From: Octopus sinensis
Taxonomy: Eukaryota
Reading direction: 5' to 3'
DNA length: 64,000 nucleotides
Assembly: GCF_006345805.1 (NCBI RefSeq)
Contig: NC_042998.1
Coordinates: 52,142,001-52,206,000 of the forward strand
Translations under genes and position numbers: made by a program
Shown: one piece after another, positions 25,118 to 37,700 of the stretch
How the letters are laid out: each line of letters begins with the position of its first letter
Numbering within the stretch: the first letter of the stretch is position 1
The notes under the pieces: generated by a model
The model's database searches: none
What the model was told of the DNA's origin: nothing
Seen by the model: the letters and a program-made list of their open reading frames with translations, nothing else

Positions 25118-26414
25118 ATGTTACAAATTAAAAAATTACTAGAATCAACTGATCATTTCCTCTTACTCTCTTTCCATTCCTTTACCCCACAAGATGCGAG
25201 TAGCCATTCAAATCTCTCTGTAGGAACCTGCTCTTCCTTCTTTGCTCATAGTAATTCTCCCTGTCCCCTAGTATGTAACTGATGACCTCACTTACCACAG
25301 GGTTCATAGTCCTGTGAACTGCAAGGTGACTTCAAAAGGGCAGGTAGCATGATAGCATGAAAAAGGTACCCAATCCATGCTGCAAAGTGGTTGTAGGTTA
25401 GGAAGGGCTTTGCAATCCTTAGACACATCAGATCCTCTTAAACTGTCCAACCCATGCCAGCATGGAACATAGACACATTAAATAATGATGATGATGATGA
25501 ATTTAATGGCTAACCCACTGTTGGGGGTCATGAGGCAATGAAACAAAAAACAATCAACTAGCTGCAAATACTTGTGGTTCACTAACTTATTTTATTTTGG
25601 TGTGGAACCCTAATATGATTTTTTTCAAATGACAAAGACCCTGTAACTATATTCTATGAACAACCCCTACCAGCCTCATTTTTATAAGACATGAAACAAA
25701 TTTGAAATAAAAATTGTTTTAGAGATAGAATTTTATCATATAAAAATAAATAGGTGATAACTTATTTTGAAAATAGTATATACCATTTTGTTTATGAAAT
25801 ATATTTTTATTAGATTTTATATGAAGACACTATTTATTACCGAATCACAGAAACGTTTTCCTGGAACTTTGATGTTCTCAATCTCTCTTTGGAATCATTG
25901 ACAGACAGATCTTTATTTACAAATTTGTGGCTTTGATAAAAAAGTTAATCAATAGTGATAATACTTGCATTAAACTTAAGGTTGTTGTTATTTAGCCTCA
26001 GATTTTCACTGATCAAGCAGACCCATGTTGAAAGATGCTCCAGTCATAACTATTTCAACATTTTGTATATCAGGGACTATATTGTCTTCTTATGGATCTT
26101 TTTATTTTTAAGATGGCAGGTTATGATTTGGGTGAAATTTGGCTGCTATTTCTAACATGGCAAACAGCCACAGAGCCTTTATCACATACGTCACCATATT
26201 TTCATTGAAATATATTGTTTTTGCTTCAATTGATTTAGTAAAAAATTGTAGAATTTAGTAGAGTTTATTAAGCTCAACTTTGGAATGTAAATTAACATGA
26301 AAATGTGATGCAAGATTTAATTTGGATTACTTTAAAACAGGAAGTTTTTATCACAAAACTAGGGGCAGACGCAAAGGGTTAAAGAGAGGAGGAAACTGAA
26401 AAAGTGTAGCATTC

Positions 26415-26822
26415 TTTTACCCTTTTACTTGTTTCAGTCATTTTACTGTAGCCATGCTGGAGCACTGCCTTTAGTTGAGGAAATTGACCCCCAGGATCTA
26501 TTCTTTGTAAGCCTAATACTTATCCTCTCAGTCTCTTTTGCCAAACCGCTAAGATACAGGGACATAAACACACCAGTATCAGTTGTCAGGCGATGTTGGG
26601 GGGACAAACACAGACACACAAACATAAACACACACATACATATATATATACATATATACGATGGGCTTCTTTCAATTTCCGCCTACCAAATCTACTCACA
26701 AGGCCTTGGTTGGCCCGAGGCTATAGTAGAAGACACTTGCCCAAGGTGCCACGCAATGGGACTGAACCCAGATCCATGTGGTTGGTAAGCAAGCTACTTA
26801 CCACACATTCACTCCTGCACCT
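26415..26822 (-). mobile_element. SINE family A
   Basis: Reverse complement of the family A pattern. Confidence 0.85.
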
Positions 26823-27211
26823 GTCTTTTCATGTCTTATACAAAGCATTAGTAATCATTTCTACCATAGGCACAAGGCCTGAAATTTTGTGGGAGTGGTA
26901 TAGTTGATTACATCGACCCCAGTGCGTAACTGGTACTTATTTTATCAACCCTGAAAGGATGAAAGGCAAAGTCCACCTCAGCAGTATTTGAACTCAGAAT
27001 GTAAAGATGGATGAAATGCTGCAAGGCATTTCGCCCAGCCTGCTAACGAGTCTACCAGCTGGCCACCTTACAAAACATTAGTAATGAACATGAAACGGTG
27101 TGGTTTTAATTGAGAACAAAAATTAGTCTGTAGTGCTTTGTTTCTCATTATCTAACTGAATCAATAAGAATTCTTACTTCCCCAGCTGTCCAGTTGACCC
27201 AAGATTAGATA

Positions 27212-27429
27212 CATTTCTTTATTGCCCACAAGGGGCTAAACATAGAGGAGACAAACAAGAACAGACAAAGGGATTAAGTCGATTACATCAACCCCCAGTG
27301 CGAAACTGGTACTTTATTTAATCGACCCCGAAAGGATGAAAGGCAAAGTTGACCTCGGCGGAATTTGAACTCAGAACGTAACGGCAGACGAAATACCGCT
27401 AAACATTTCGCCCGGCGTGCTAACCACAC
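27212..27429 (-). mobile_element. SINE family B (Meta-domain-like), young copy with TSD
   Basis: 10-bp direct repeat AGATTAGATA at 27202-27211 and 27430-27439; core GTCAACTTTGCCTTTCATCCTTTCGGGGTCGAT; more than 20 related copies. Confidence 0.85.
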
Positions 27430-27736
27430 AGATTAGATAGTTGTGGAGCTTGATATAATACCAAAACTTCCCATGTATCATTATTATTAAGGCAGTGAGC
27501 TGACAGAATCATTAGCATGCCAGGCCAAATACTTAGCGTTATTTCATCTGCAGCTATGTTCTGAGTTCAAATTCGACTGAGATCTACTTTACCTTTCATC
27601 CTTTCAGGGTCAATAAATTATTAAGTACCAGTCAAGTACTGGTGTCGATGTTATCGATTGATCCCCTCCCCAAAAAATCCAGGCTGTGTGCCTATAATAG
27701 AAAAGATTATTATCATCATCATCCTCATCATCATTC

Positions 27737-27791
<55 letters not shown>

Positions 27792-28744
27792 TACCACCAT
27801 CATCATCATTATAGTTGCCATACTGTGAAGTCATGGAAATTTGTTGCTCCATAAGTTGAAAAAGTGTTTGTTATCTTTTCAGCCTTCTAAGGCCCCATCT
27901 TTTCATTTCTCTTGTTACCATTACATTTCTAAAATTGTTTGGACTGAGCAGATAGTATTTTTGTGTAGTAACACCCTCTGTTTTGCAGAAGGTGTGCTTC
28001 AATAATTTTTGAATTTTAACTGCTTTCGGCAAAAATAAATAATTTGCAATTTTCTGTAATCATTTAAAGATGACTGATGAAGAAGCTATCATAAGGTTTG
28101 ACGAAGGAATGCACTCTGTGTCGGGAGAAATTGAGAATGAAGGAAGAATTGAGAATATGAATATTGAATGGACTAAACTTAATGACATCACTGAGGCAAA
28201 AAAATGCTACGTTTCTAAGCAATGTGAAAACTTCCGGTGTTGGCAACAAGAATAACAACAGCAGCAGCAGCTATTCAAGAATTTTGACCTGGAGATCTCC
28301 ATTTCCAGCGACTTCGAGGGCCACCTCCCAGTAGTGTCGGCCGTCAACGAAGAGTCCTCGACTACAACAAGACGACCAAAGTTTTTTTTCCAAGGTCTGG
28401 GGTCTCCTGCCCCTAAGCTCTAGACCATCACCTAATCACCCTTACCTGTCTTGTTGCATAACAACAACAACAACAGCAGTAGCAGTGACAGTAACAACAA
28501 CAACAATAATAATAGCAACAACAATATGAAAGAAATGAAACATAAAAATGCGAATATTGCCTCTACATCTTTTGTGTCAGTGGCAGGAAATATGGAAAGT
28601 TTCCACATAGATGAAGAAGAATTAAAATTGGCAAGAAAAATTGTAGTAAAAGATGGGAGAAGGGTAGCTCTAAATGCTCCATCCAACATCGTAGAAAATA
28701 TCACAAGATGCACAGTAACATACCATTGCATCAGAGTCAAGTCT

Positions 28745-29330
28745 CTGTGGGTAGAAAATGCTCTAGGCATCACTGAAGACAAACTGACAAGTTGGAGACT
28801 GTTACGGATAATTTCCAGATATCTTTGGCCTGGCAGTGCTACGGGGGGGGGGTGATGCTACCAGTTTGAGATAAACTCTACAGGCACAGATATGCTGTCA
28901 GATGGGCTCATTTGAGGTGCTCACAGAGCAACAAAACTGTTTTGCATGTTCTTGTTCAGTGTCCAGGTATTGCTGTCACTTGTAGGACAGCTGCTGTCAC
29001 ATGTAGGATAGATCTATCTGTCAGCCGAGTCCATAATGATGATTGCCCTGCTGCCCTCCTTTAATCAGGCTGGCAAGACAGTTTTCCTTTGTCTGGTGGC
29101 TGTGGCGAAAGAGGTTATCTTATGGACAAGGCTGAAACATTCCCCTTTGGTAAAGCCCTCATGCACTTTTTCAAGTTTCACTTGAAAAGGAAGGTCAGGG
29201 TGGAGAAGGAGGTACTGTTCTCGAGTGAATTTATGAAAAGGTGGGTGAAAGTTGCAAAAATGGCAAGAGTGGTTGGTACCACTCTCTGTGTTAACCCGTG
29301 AGTTGGAAGACAGAACTTGAAGAGGGCTCT
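28745..29330 (+). pseudogene. L1/Tx1-clade LINE 3' relic
   Basis: Decayed frames DNFQISLAWQCY..LPV*DKLYRH..RCSQSNKTVLHVLVQCP..FFKFHLKRKVRVE..F..RW: a zf-RVT-type CCHC region and L1/Tx1-like C-terminus. Confidence 0.7.
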
Positions 29331-30524
29331 CATCCTTGGTATTCAGGGTGATCTTGGATGGTAGGGTTCCTTGATTATCCTTAGATGATGATCATTTCCC
29401 CCTCGTTTTCTAGTGTCATATACTTATGTCTGTCTTTGTAGTCTCCCCCTCATCCTTCACCGTGGTGGCAAATAAAAAAAAAATCATTATTATTATTATT
29501 GTTATTATCATCATTATTATTAAGGTGGCGAACTGGCAGAAATATTAGCACACGGGGTGAAATGCTTAGTGCAATTCTCTCTGTCTTTATGTTCTGAGTT
29601 TAAATTCCGCTGAGGTTGATTTTGCCTTTCATCCTTTCGAGATCAATAAATTGAGTACTAGTTGCATACTGGGGTCGATCTACTCAACTGGCACCCCCCC
29701 AAAAAAAATTTTGGGTCTTGTACCTAGAGTAGAAAAGAATCATTAGCATGCTGGGCAAAATGTTTAGCAGCATTTTGTATGTCTTGATGTTCTGAGTTCA
29801 AATTCCACTGAGGTCGACCTTGTTATACATCTGTTCGGGGTCGATGATATAAGTATCATTTCAGAACTGGGGTCGATGTAATCAACTATCTTCCATCCTT
29901 CAAGATTCAGACCGTGTGCCTATAATAGAAAAAAAATATTATTATTTGGTATTTACATAGAAAGAATAAAATGCAAAATTGAATGTGACCTGATTTGAAT
30001 TCCAAACAAAGTCAAAATCCAGCAAGTCCTTTAATCCGCCTGTCTACAATGTTTGTCATTCCAATGCTTTGACCTAATTTCAAACAATGTCAAGATAACT
30101 TCACTGAAATAGGGATAACAATAGTTTTTCAAAATGTAAAACAGCGAAGTAATTTGAGCTGCTGTGTTTCAATGTCAACAGCTGTGAAACCAAACATTCA
30201 GGCCTGAACAACATTCTAACTATTGAAGGAATGTTTACTTTCCATTTTATTTATGGTCACATTTATTTGGTGACAAGTCAAGTTCTTTTAGCACGTATCC
30301 CATAATGCAAGTGGAGGTATAGCAATGTAGGGAAGACTATATCTTAACCATTTGGCATTCATGTTATTCTGTCAAAAGTAATGCTTATTCATTCACAATG
30401 TTTTGAATTAATCATGCATCATCTTGTAGTTTTGAGATTTTGATGAGGAAACTTAATTTTTAAAATGATATTGTAGGGTTGGTGTGAGAGGCCAGATCTG
30501 GCCAGTGTGAACATAAAACAGGTG

Positions 30525-31320
30525 GAATATTTTGGATGGATAATAAAGTAAAGTAAAGACCCTCTTCAGACATGAATGACTATGGGATTGCACCTAGAAA
30601 GTTACACTCCGAGACACAAGCCCGGGCAAGGTTTGTTTATGGAAGGTCAGCAGTCACCTATGCATAGCAGCCTCCCCTCTCCATGCCACCAATGTTATCC
30701 AAGGGAAAGACAAAAGCCGATACAGCTTGGCACTAGTGACATCATTACTCATTTCTACTGCTGAGTGAACTGGAGCAATGTGAAATAAAGTGTCTTGCTC
30801 AAGAACATAATGCACAGCCCAGTCCTGGAATCAAACTCACTACTTCATGATTGTAATCCCAATGCTCTAACCACTGAGCCATGCACCTTCACTTTGGCCG
30901 AATATGACTGGTTTAAATGTAGAATATTTTGGTTGGATAATAAAATAAAGTAAAGACCCCCTTCAGTCATGAATGACCATGGGACTGCACCTCGAAAGTT
31001 ACTCTCCCAGGCACAAGTCGGGCAAAGTTGGATATGGAAAACCAGCAGTTACCCATGCATTCCACTCTCTTTTCTCTATGCCACAAATGTTATCCAAGGG
31101 AAAGGCAAAAGCTGATACAGCTTGGCACCAGTGACATTGCATCTCATTTCTACAGCTGAGTGAACTGAAGCAATGTGAAATAAAGTGTCTTGCTCAAGAA
31201 CACAATGCACAGCCCAGTCCTAGAATCAAACTCACCACTTCATGATTGTAATTCCAATGCTCTAACCACTGAGCCATGCACCTTCACTTTGGTTAGATAT
31301 GACTGGTTTAAATGTTAAAG
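30525..31320 (-). repeat. Tandem duplication (about 396 bp) of a family C SINE plus flank inside a piggyBac-like MITE
   Basis: SINEs at 30545-30892 and 30943-31287; both preceded by GAATATTTTGG and followed by CTTTGG..ATATGACTGGTTTAAATG. Confidence 0.85.
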
Positions 31321-33719
31321 TATTAAAGATTGATTCATTTCAGTCTATATTCTTTGTATTTATTTTTTATTTGTTTCAGTCATTGAACTGCAGCCATACT
31401 GGAGCACCATATTGAAGGGTCAAAGAAATTGATCTCAATACTTAGTTTTAACACTTTAATTATCCATAAAAAATAGAGCTGATTTTTTTTACTTCAGCAA
31501 TACTTTTTCACTATCTCCTGTGTGTACAGTTTTCATTACCCATCACTAAAAGTATTTGATTTTTGTTTTATAAAGAAATATTTGATTAAATATCTTTCAT
31601 CTTTTCTCTGTTACTTGTTTCAGTCGTTAGATTGTGGCCATGCATCTGAATTTGAGTTATCTCCCCTTGCTTGTTGTTTTTAGATTTTTACCACCCCCAC
31701 CTGCCCTAGCGTGAGTTTTGCCTACTAATTGGTTGACTAGTCTCAGCTGAGAGAAATTTTTCAATTCATATTACTTATGAGAATCCCTGTCTCTACTGCA
31801 TGTGTACTTAAGAAGTTTGCTTTGCTACTACATCGTTTTGGGTTAGATGTCACTGCTCAGCATCTTTGATGAGTATCTTTTGCTGTAGCCCAAGTCCAAC
31901 TGAAACATTGTGACTGAAATTTGGTAGATAGAAACTGCAGGGAAGCCTGTTGGAGTGAGTATTCCTGTTCTTGGTGGGTAGACTTAATCTGCTGACCAGT
32001 TTAGCACCACACCACACTACCCAGTTCTTGAGTGATTTTAGTGGAGTCATGGATCGGTTGACCAGGGCTGGTAAGCTGGAAGGTTGCACTAAACTCCAGT
32101 TTGATTTGGCATGGTCTTCTAAGTCTATAAATTCTTATGATGCCAATAAAAACAATATCTTTAAAATAGAAGCTTTAACTAAGTTTAATATTTTTTGCTC
32201 AAAACAGATTTACATTGTTCTGAATTTGAGTGGAACTCTTCTTGTAATTTCATTTATTCTGTGCATAGCCAATAGAGGCATTCCTAATGTTACTGAAAAC
32301 CTTTTTACCAGCAATTCCCAACTTGAGAACCACATATCTCTGGGAGATCTACAAAAGAAGTCTCTGGATGAAATAAGGCATAAAAATGGATGACATACCT
32401 AAGTATTTTGCCTAGCATGCTAACAATTCTGCCAGTTTGCAGTAATAATCCTCTCTACGAAAGGCACAAGGCCGGAAATTAGGGGGAAGAGATAGTTGAT
32501 TACATCAATCCCAGTACAGAGCTGATACTTATTTTATCGATCATGAAAGGATGAAAGGTAAAGTTGGCCTTGTTGGAATTTGAACTCAGACTCTAAAGGC
32601 AGATAAAATGTCGCATAGCATTTTGTCAGGCACAATAATTATTCTAACAGCTTGCTGCCTTCCAGTTCACTGTAATAATGATCATTGGTTATATTGGTAT
32701 AAGCTGGTATAGTGTTCAGTTGCCTTGGTGCTATACTGTGTTAGTGTCAAATTTTCTAATGATAAGCATTCTAATGTTAAGCATTCAGTTTTTGTTATAT
32801 TTCTCTACATCCAGCTTTTGAGGCCAAGAAATAAATACAAAATATTTTTGAGTAAATAGATCTTTCACTCCAGCTGACTGTAGGAAAATTTATTGTGAAC
32901 CATTTCCCTTCTCTTAAAAGATCTTGGTTATAATACAGAACAGGTAACGTTAAGATCAAAATTAAAATATTTGACTATTATGACTGGTGAATATTTTGCT
33001 GTTCATGACAACTTTGAATATAAAGCATGACTCATTGACACAATAAATTACTCTTAAATGTTTATATCACACCATTTAAATATATAAAACCACTGCTTCG
33101 AAAATATAGATACACTTGACTGATTACAATCATAAAACGTCTGGATCTTGTTTTTATTCAGATTACTCAGTGATTTAGAAAACACTATTGTCCTATTTTC
33201 CTGAAAGGTAAATGTAAATACAAATCCATATTTAAAACAAACTCTGTTCTTTCTTGTATGTATATTTTTCATCATTCAGCCTTTTTTGTTTTTTCTAGAT
33301 AATAATAATAATAATAAAAATTTATTACATACATTGCTGAAACACAATTTCAGTATTTAAAATGAATGATTCATTTGAAAGATAAAATAAAGAAAGAAAA
33401 ATGAGAACAACACTGCATTTTTTCAATTAAAAGTTCCAGTAAATTTATAATGGAAATAAGATTTCTATGAAAATTCTTTAAAAGCATAACTTAACATCAC
33501 ACTTACTGTATGTCAAAATATAATACACACACACACACACACAAATATACACCTTATACAACAGTCTTCTTTTAGTTTCTGCATATGAAATCCACTCACA
33601 AGGCTTTGGTGGGCTTGAGGCTATAGGTATTTAAATACATACATACATACATACATACATACATACATACATACATACATACATACATACATACACACAT
33701 ACATACATACATACATACA

Positions 33720-33750
<31 letters not shown>

Positions 33751-34108
33751 TATATATATGTATAATTTAGGACAAACAGTAAGTTGTCATTATTGTACTC
33801 AGAGTTTCAAATGTTGGAGCAAAGAGCTATGATGCATTCTTGTCGGTTATTAATGGCAATAGATGCTATGAAAACCTGTTGAATAAAAGGGAAGTTACTC
33901 TAATAGGCAGAAGAAAAGAAAAAAAGAAAGACAAAAATACATGTAACCATATTCTCACAATACATAGACATAAAGTCTCCTGCATTCATATCATCTACAC
34001 ATGTACACACTCATACAAACATATATATGTACATGCACATACACACACAAGTATATATGTGCATGTATGTACTCATACATACACACATAGCCATACACAC
34101 ATAGCCAT

Positions 34109-34177
<69 letters not shown>

Positions 34178-34261
34178 TGTATATGTGCACACAACCTCAT
34201 ATACACATTGGTGTCTGCATGCATACATATATATTTAGACATTTATACATATAAGTATGCG

Positions 34262-34320
<59 letters not shown>

Positions 34321-34403
34321 TGTATATGTGCACACAACCTCATATACACATTGGTGTCTGCATGCATACATATATATTTAGACATTTATACATATAAGTA
34401 TGC

Positions 34404-34460
<57 letters not shown>

Positions 34461-35104
34461 TATATATATAAATATATATACAGGCATACACTTTGGTCTC
34501 TCTCTCTATAAATATATATTTGTGTGTGTCTTTGTGTCTGTGTTTGTTACCCACCATCGCTTGACAACTAATGTTGGTATGTTTACATTCCCATAACGTA
34601 GCAGTTCAGCAAGAGTGACCAATAGAATAAGTACTAGGCTTATAAACAATAAGCCCTGTGGTAGATTTGTCTGACTAAAGTTGGTACTCCAGCATGGCCA
34701 CAGTTAAATGACTGAAACAAATAAAAGAATATAAAGCGCAAAAGGTTGACTTTGCCTTTCAACCTTTCGGAGATTGGTATAATAAGTACACAAGTTCAAT
34801 ACTGGGGTTGATGTAGTTGAATAGTCTTCCTTTTCTTTCTTTATTCTGCACAACATAATTTTGCAATCCCAGTATCACAATACTAATGGTGGTGTCTTCT
34901 GCATTTAGTTACCTTCTGCCTCCTTGCTTTTTTGGTAAGGATCAGTCAGTATTACTTTTAAAGCGGTGTCCACTATGCATTGTGAGCAATTTCCTAGTTC
35001 TTCTATCCACGTTTTGTAATTTGACCTTTGACAATTTCAGAAAGGGTGGAGAGTGTCTCAAAAGCTCATGCATCTATTGCTTTAATGATATTCCTTCCAT
35101 GTAA

Positions 35105-35312
35105 CCCTTTCATTACTAACTCAGCTGAAACTGGCTCTGGCTTTGTAGGACAAATGTCTTGTTTTCATAAATCTTCCACCAAATCTTAGTCACAATTTAT
35201 GTTCCTAACACTAGCTTAATGATAACTAAGTTATTTTACTAAATTCTTTGTAATAGTTAAAATAATTGAAAGAAACACAGAGCATCTCTAAATAAATATG
35301 GTAAACAAAGGG
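35105..35312. mobile_element. piggyBac-type MITE, second copy
   Basis: Similar to 240-459; right end AAAGGG|TTAA. Confidence 0.75.
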
Positions 35313-35324
35313 TTAACTTCATAT

Positions 35325-36140
35325 TAGCACCTTCTTAGTTCTCCTCTTCTAATCTTTTGAGATTTTCTTTCTCATTTCTTTTTCTGTTATCCTTATTTCT
35401 TTACAAGGGGCTAAACATAGAGGGGATAAACAAGGATAGACAAACGGATTAAGTCGATTACATCGACCCCAGTGCATAACTGGTACTTATTTAATCGACC
35501 CCGAAAAGATGAAAGGCAAAGTCGACCTCGGCAGAATTTGAACTCAGAACGTAACGGCAGACGAAATACTGCTAAGCATTTCACCCGGCGTGCTAAAGAT
35601 TCTGCCAGCTCACCACCTTATCCTATCTAGTGGCACTCCTAGGGATTTGTATCCCTCATTATTCCACAGGGATCTAATGACGTTGTCTTGTGGTAATTTT
35701 ACACCCTCAAAGTTTATCTGCTGGCCTCTCTTCATAATTAGCACTGTGCACTTATTTACACCAAACTGCATTCCAGTCTTTTATCGAAATACTCTTACTG
35801 TTTGATTCAAAGACTCCGAGTCTTTCTCATTCTTGTTCTCTATAACTTGAGGTCATCCGTATAAAACAAGTGATTTATTTTCTCTTTGGATTTGGTAAAC
35901 TCATAGGCAGGCCTGGATTTTTCTCAGTATACTTCTCAGAGTGACAGGGAGAGCAAGTCCCCTTGGAAAATGCTCCTGCATATTTTCATGCTTCCTAGTG
36001 ATTCATTTGCACATGTTGATTCTCCTTCCCATATTCTCATTGCTTTTTCGATAAACTTGTTTATCTTCTCATTGGCTCTGAACAATCTCAGGTGCTCCAA
36101 GAATCAGCTGTGTGGAACATTGAAACAAGCCTTCCTATAA
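35325..36140 (-). pseudogene. Old Dong/R4-clade reverse transcriptase relic interrupted by a SINE (about 35400-35620)
   Basis: Frameshifted INYRKACFNVPHS, IFQGD, GMQFGVNKC..MKRG..EGYK correspond to R4-clade RT domains. Confidence 0.75.
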
Positions 36141-36358
36141 TTTATGGTTATAGTAGAAATCATGATCATCATCATGATCATCATCATTATCTTTGTCATC
36201 ATCATCACCACCTCCTTTGGTATCGGCAAGATAACAAATAGCTGCCAAGTGACAATCAGTCACCTAAGGCCGGCATTATAGAATAATGTTATTGTTCAAG
36301 GCAACTTCTGGTCTTGTTAGGTAAAAAAATGGTTTTGAGACTATTATCATTATTATCA

Positions 36359-36416
<58 letters not shown>

Positions 36417-36627
36417 GTTTTACCTCTTCTATCAATTTTGTTCTCATTTCTTACTGAATGTTTTTCTGACTCCTGGGGCACAGAAACTCACTGTGTACAT
36501 TTTTAGGCCATTAAGCTAAACACCAGTTGTTTGTTTTCAAAACAAAATGAAGTTATGTGTAAAAAAAAAAAAAAAAAATAATGATAATAATAATAATAAT
36601 AATAATAATTATTATTATTATTATTAC

Positions 36628-36878
36628 TTTTTTCTTTTTCTTCTTTCAAATTTGCTTCCATTTCTTGCCGAGTGTCTTCCCGACTCCTAGGGCAAAGAAA
36701 CTCATAGTATACATTGGTAGGCCATTAAACTAAACTCAATAGTTCGTTCATTTCTTTTTTTTTTTTTAAGTTAAATTAAAATACATGGGTAGTAATAATT
36801 CTCACATCGGCAATGCTCTTCTCAATACGTGTGATGTACCAGTTAAGACAATCTTTTGCACTTCTTGCAGGGATGGTA
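36628..36878 (-). mobile_element. Dong/R4 3' end, same family as 43778-44857
   Basis: Reverse complement of about 44613-44857; flanked by (ATT)n; an older 3' UTR copy lies at about 36420-36560. Confidence 0.85.
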
Positions 36879-36932
36879 TTATTATTATTATTATTATTAT
36901 CTTCTTGCAGGGATGGTATTATTATTACGGTC

Positions 36933-36981
<49 letters not shown>

Positions 36982-36995
36982 TACTACTGCTGCTG

Positions 36996-37036
<41 letters not shown>

Positions 37037-37078
37037 GCTGCCGCCGCCGCCGCCACCACCACCACCACCACCATCACC

Positions 37079-37137
<59 letters not shown>

Positions 37138-37160
37138 TATTATTATTATTATTATTATTA
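36879..37160. repeat. Compound trinucleotide microsatellite
   Basis: (ATT)n-(ACT)n-(GCT/GCC)-(ACC)n-(ATC)n-(ATT)n. Confidence 0.95.
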
Positions 37161-37489
37161 TCTTTAGAACTGGATTGGTAGAATCATTAGAATATTAGAT
37201 TAAATGTTGTCTTGGAGTATTTGCTTTAGATCTTTACATTTTGAGTTCCTATCCCCACCAAAGTCCTTTTCAACCTTCATTTTTTCATGGACAATAAAAT
37301 TATGTAACAGTCTAGTACTGGAGTCGTTGTAAACAAATGACCCTTCTCCTCAAAATTACTAGCCTTGTCCCTAAATTGGAAACATTTACAATTATCATTA
37401 TTAATTCTTTTTTTATTTGGCTGTTAACTGAAAGATTGGTTGTTCAAACTCCCTCCCTAAAGTCCAATCCCTCCTCAAAGTGGTAGGGT

Positions 37490-37700
37490 GGTGTAAACCG
37501 GCAGTGTCAGAGCTATGCCGTCAGGAACTTCGGTTCCTGGTAGGGTCACCCAAGGCAAATTGGTCTGGCACCGAGTGGTATTCGGGCCGCAGCCTGGCAA
37601 ATGGGGCTCTGGTGAAAATTCCAAGAGGTGTCTGATCGGCAGCCGGTGGCTTCGAGGTCATTCTGTCTCAGCATCTGTGGAGACTCCACAGCAAACAGGG
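37490..37700 (+). mobile_element. GC-rich segment resembling an RTE-clade 5' UTR
   Basis: GAGCTATGCCG..GGA..TCCTGGTAGGGTCACCCA..GG recalls RTE/Expander 5' UTRs (from memory, not searched); CAGGAAC-TTCG-GTTCCTG hairpin. Confidence 0.45.
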
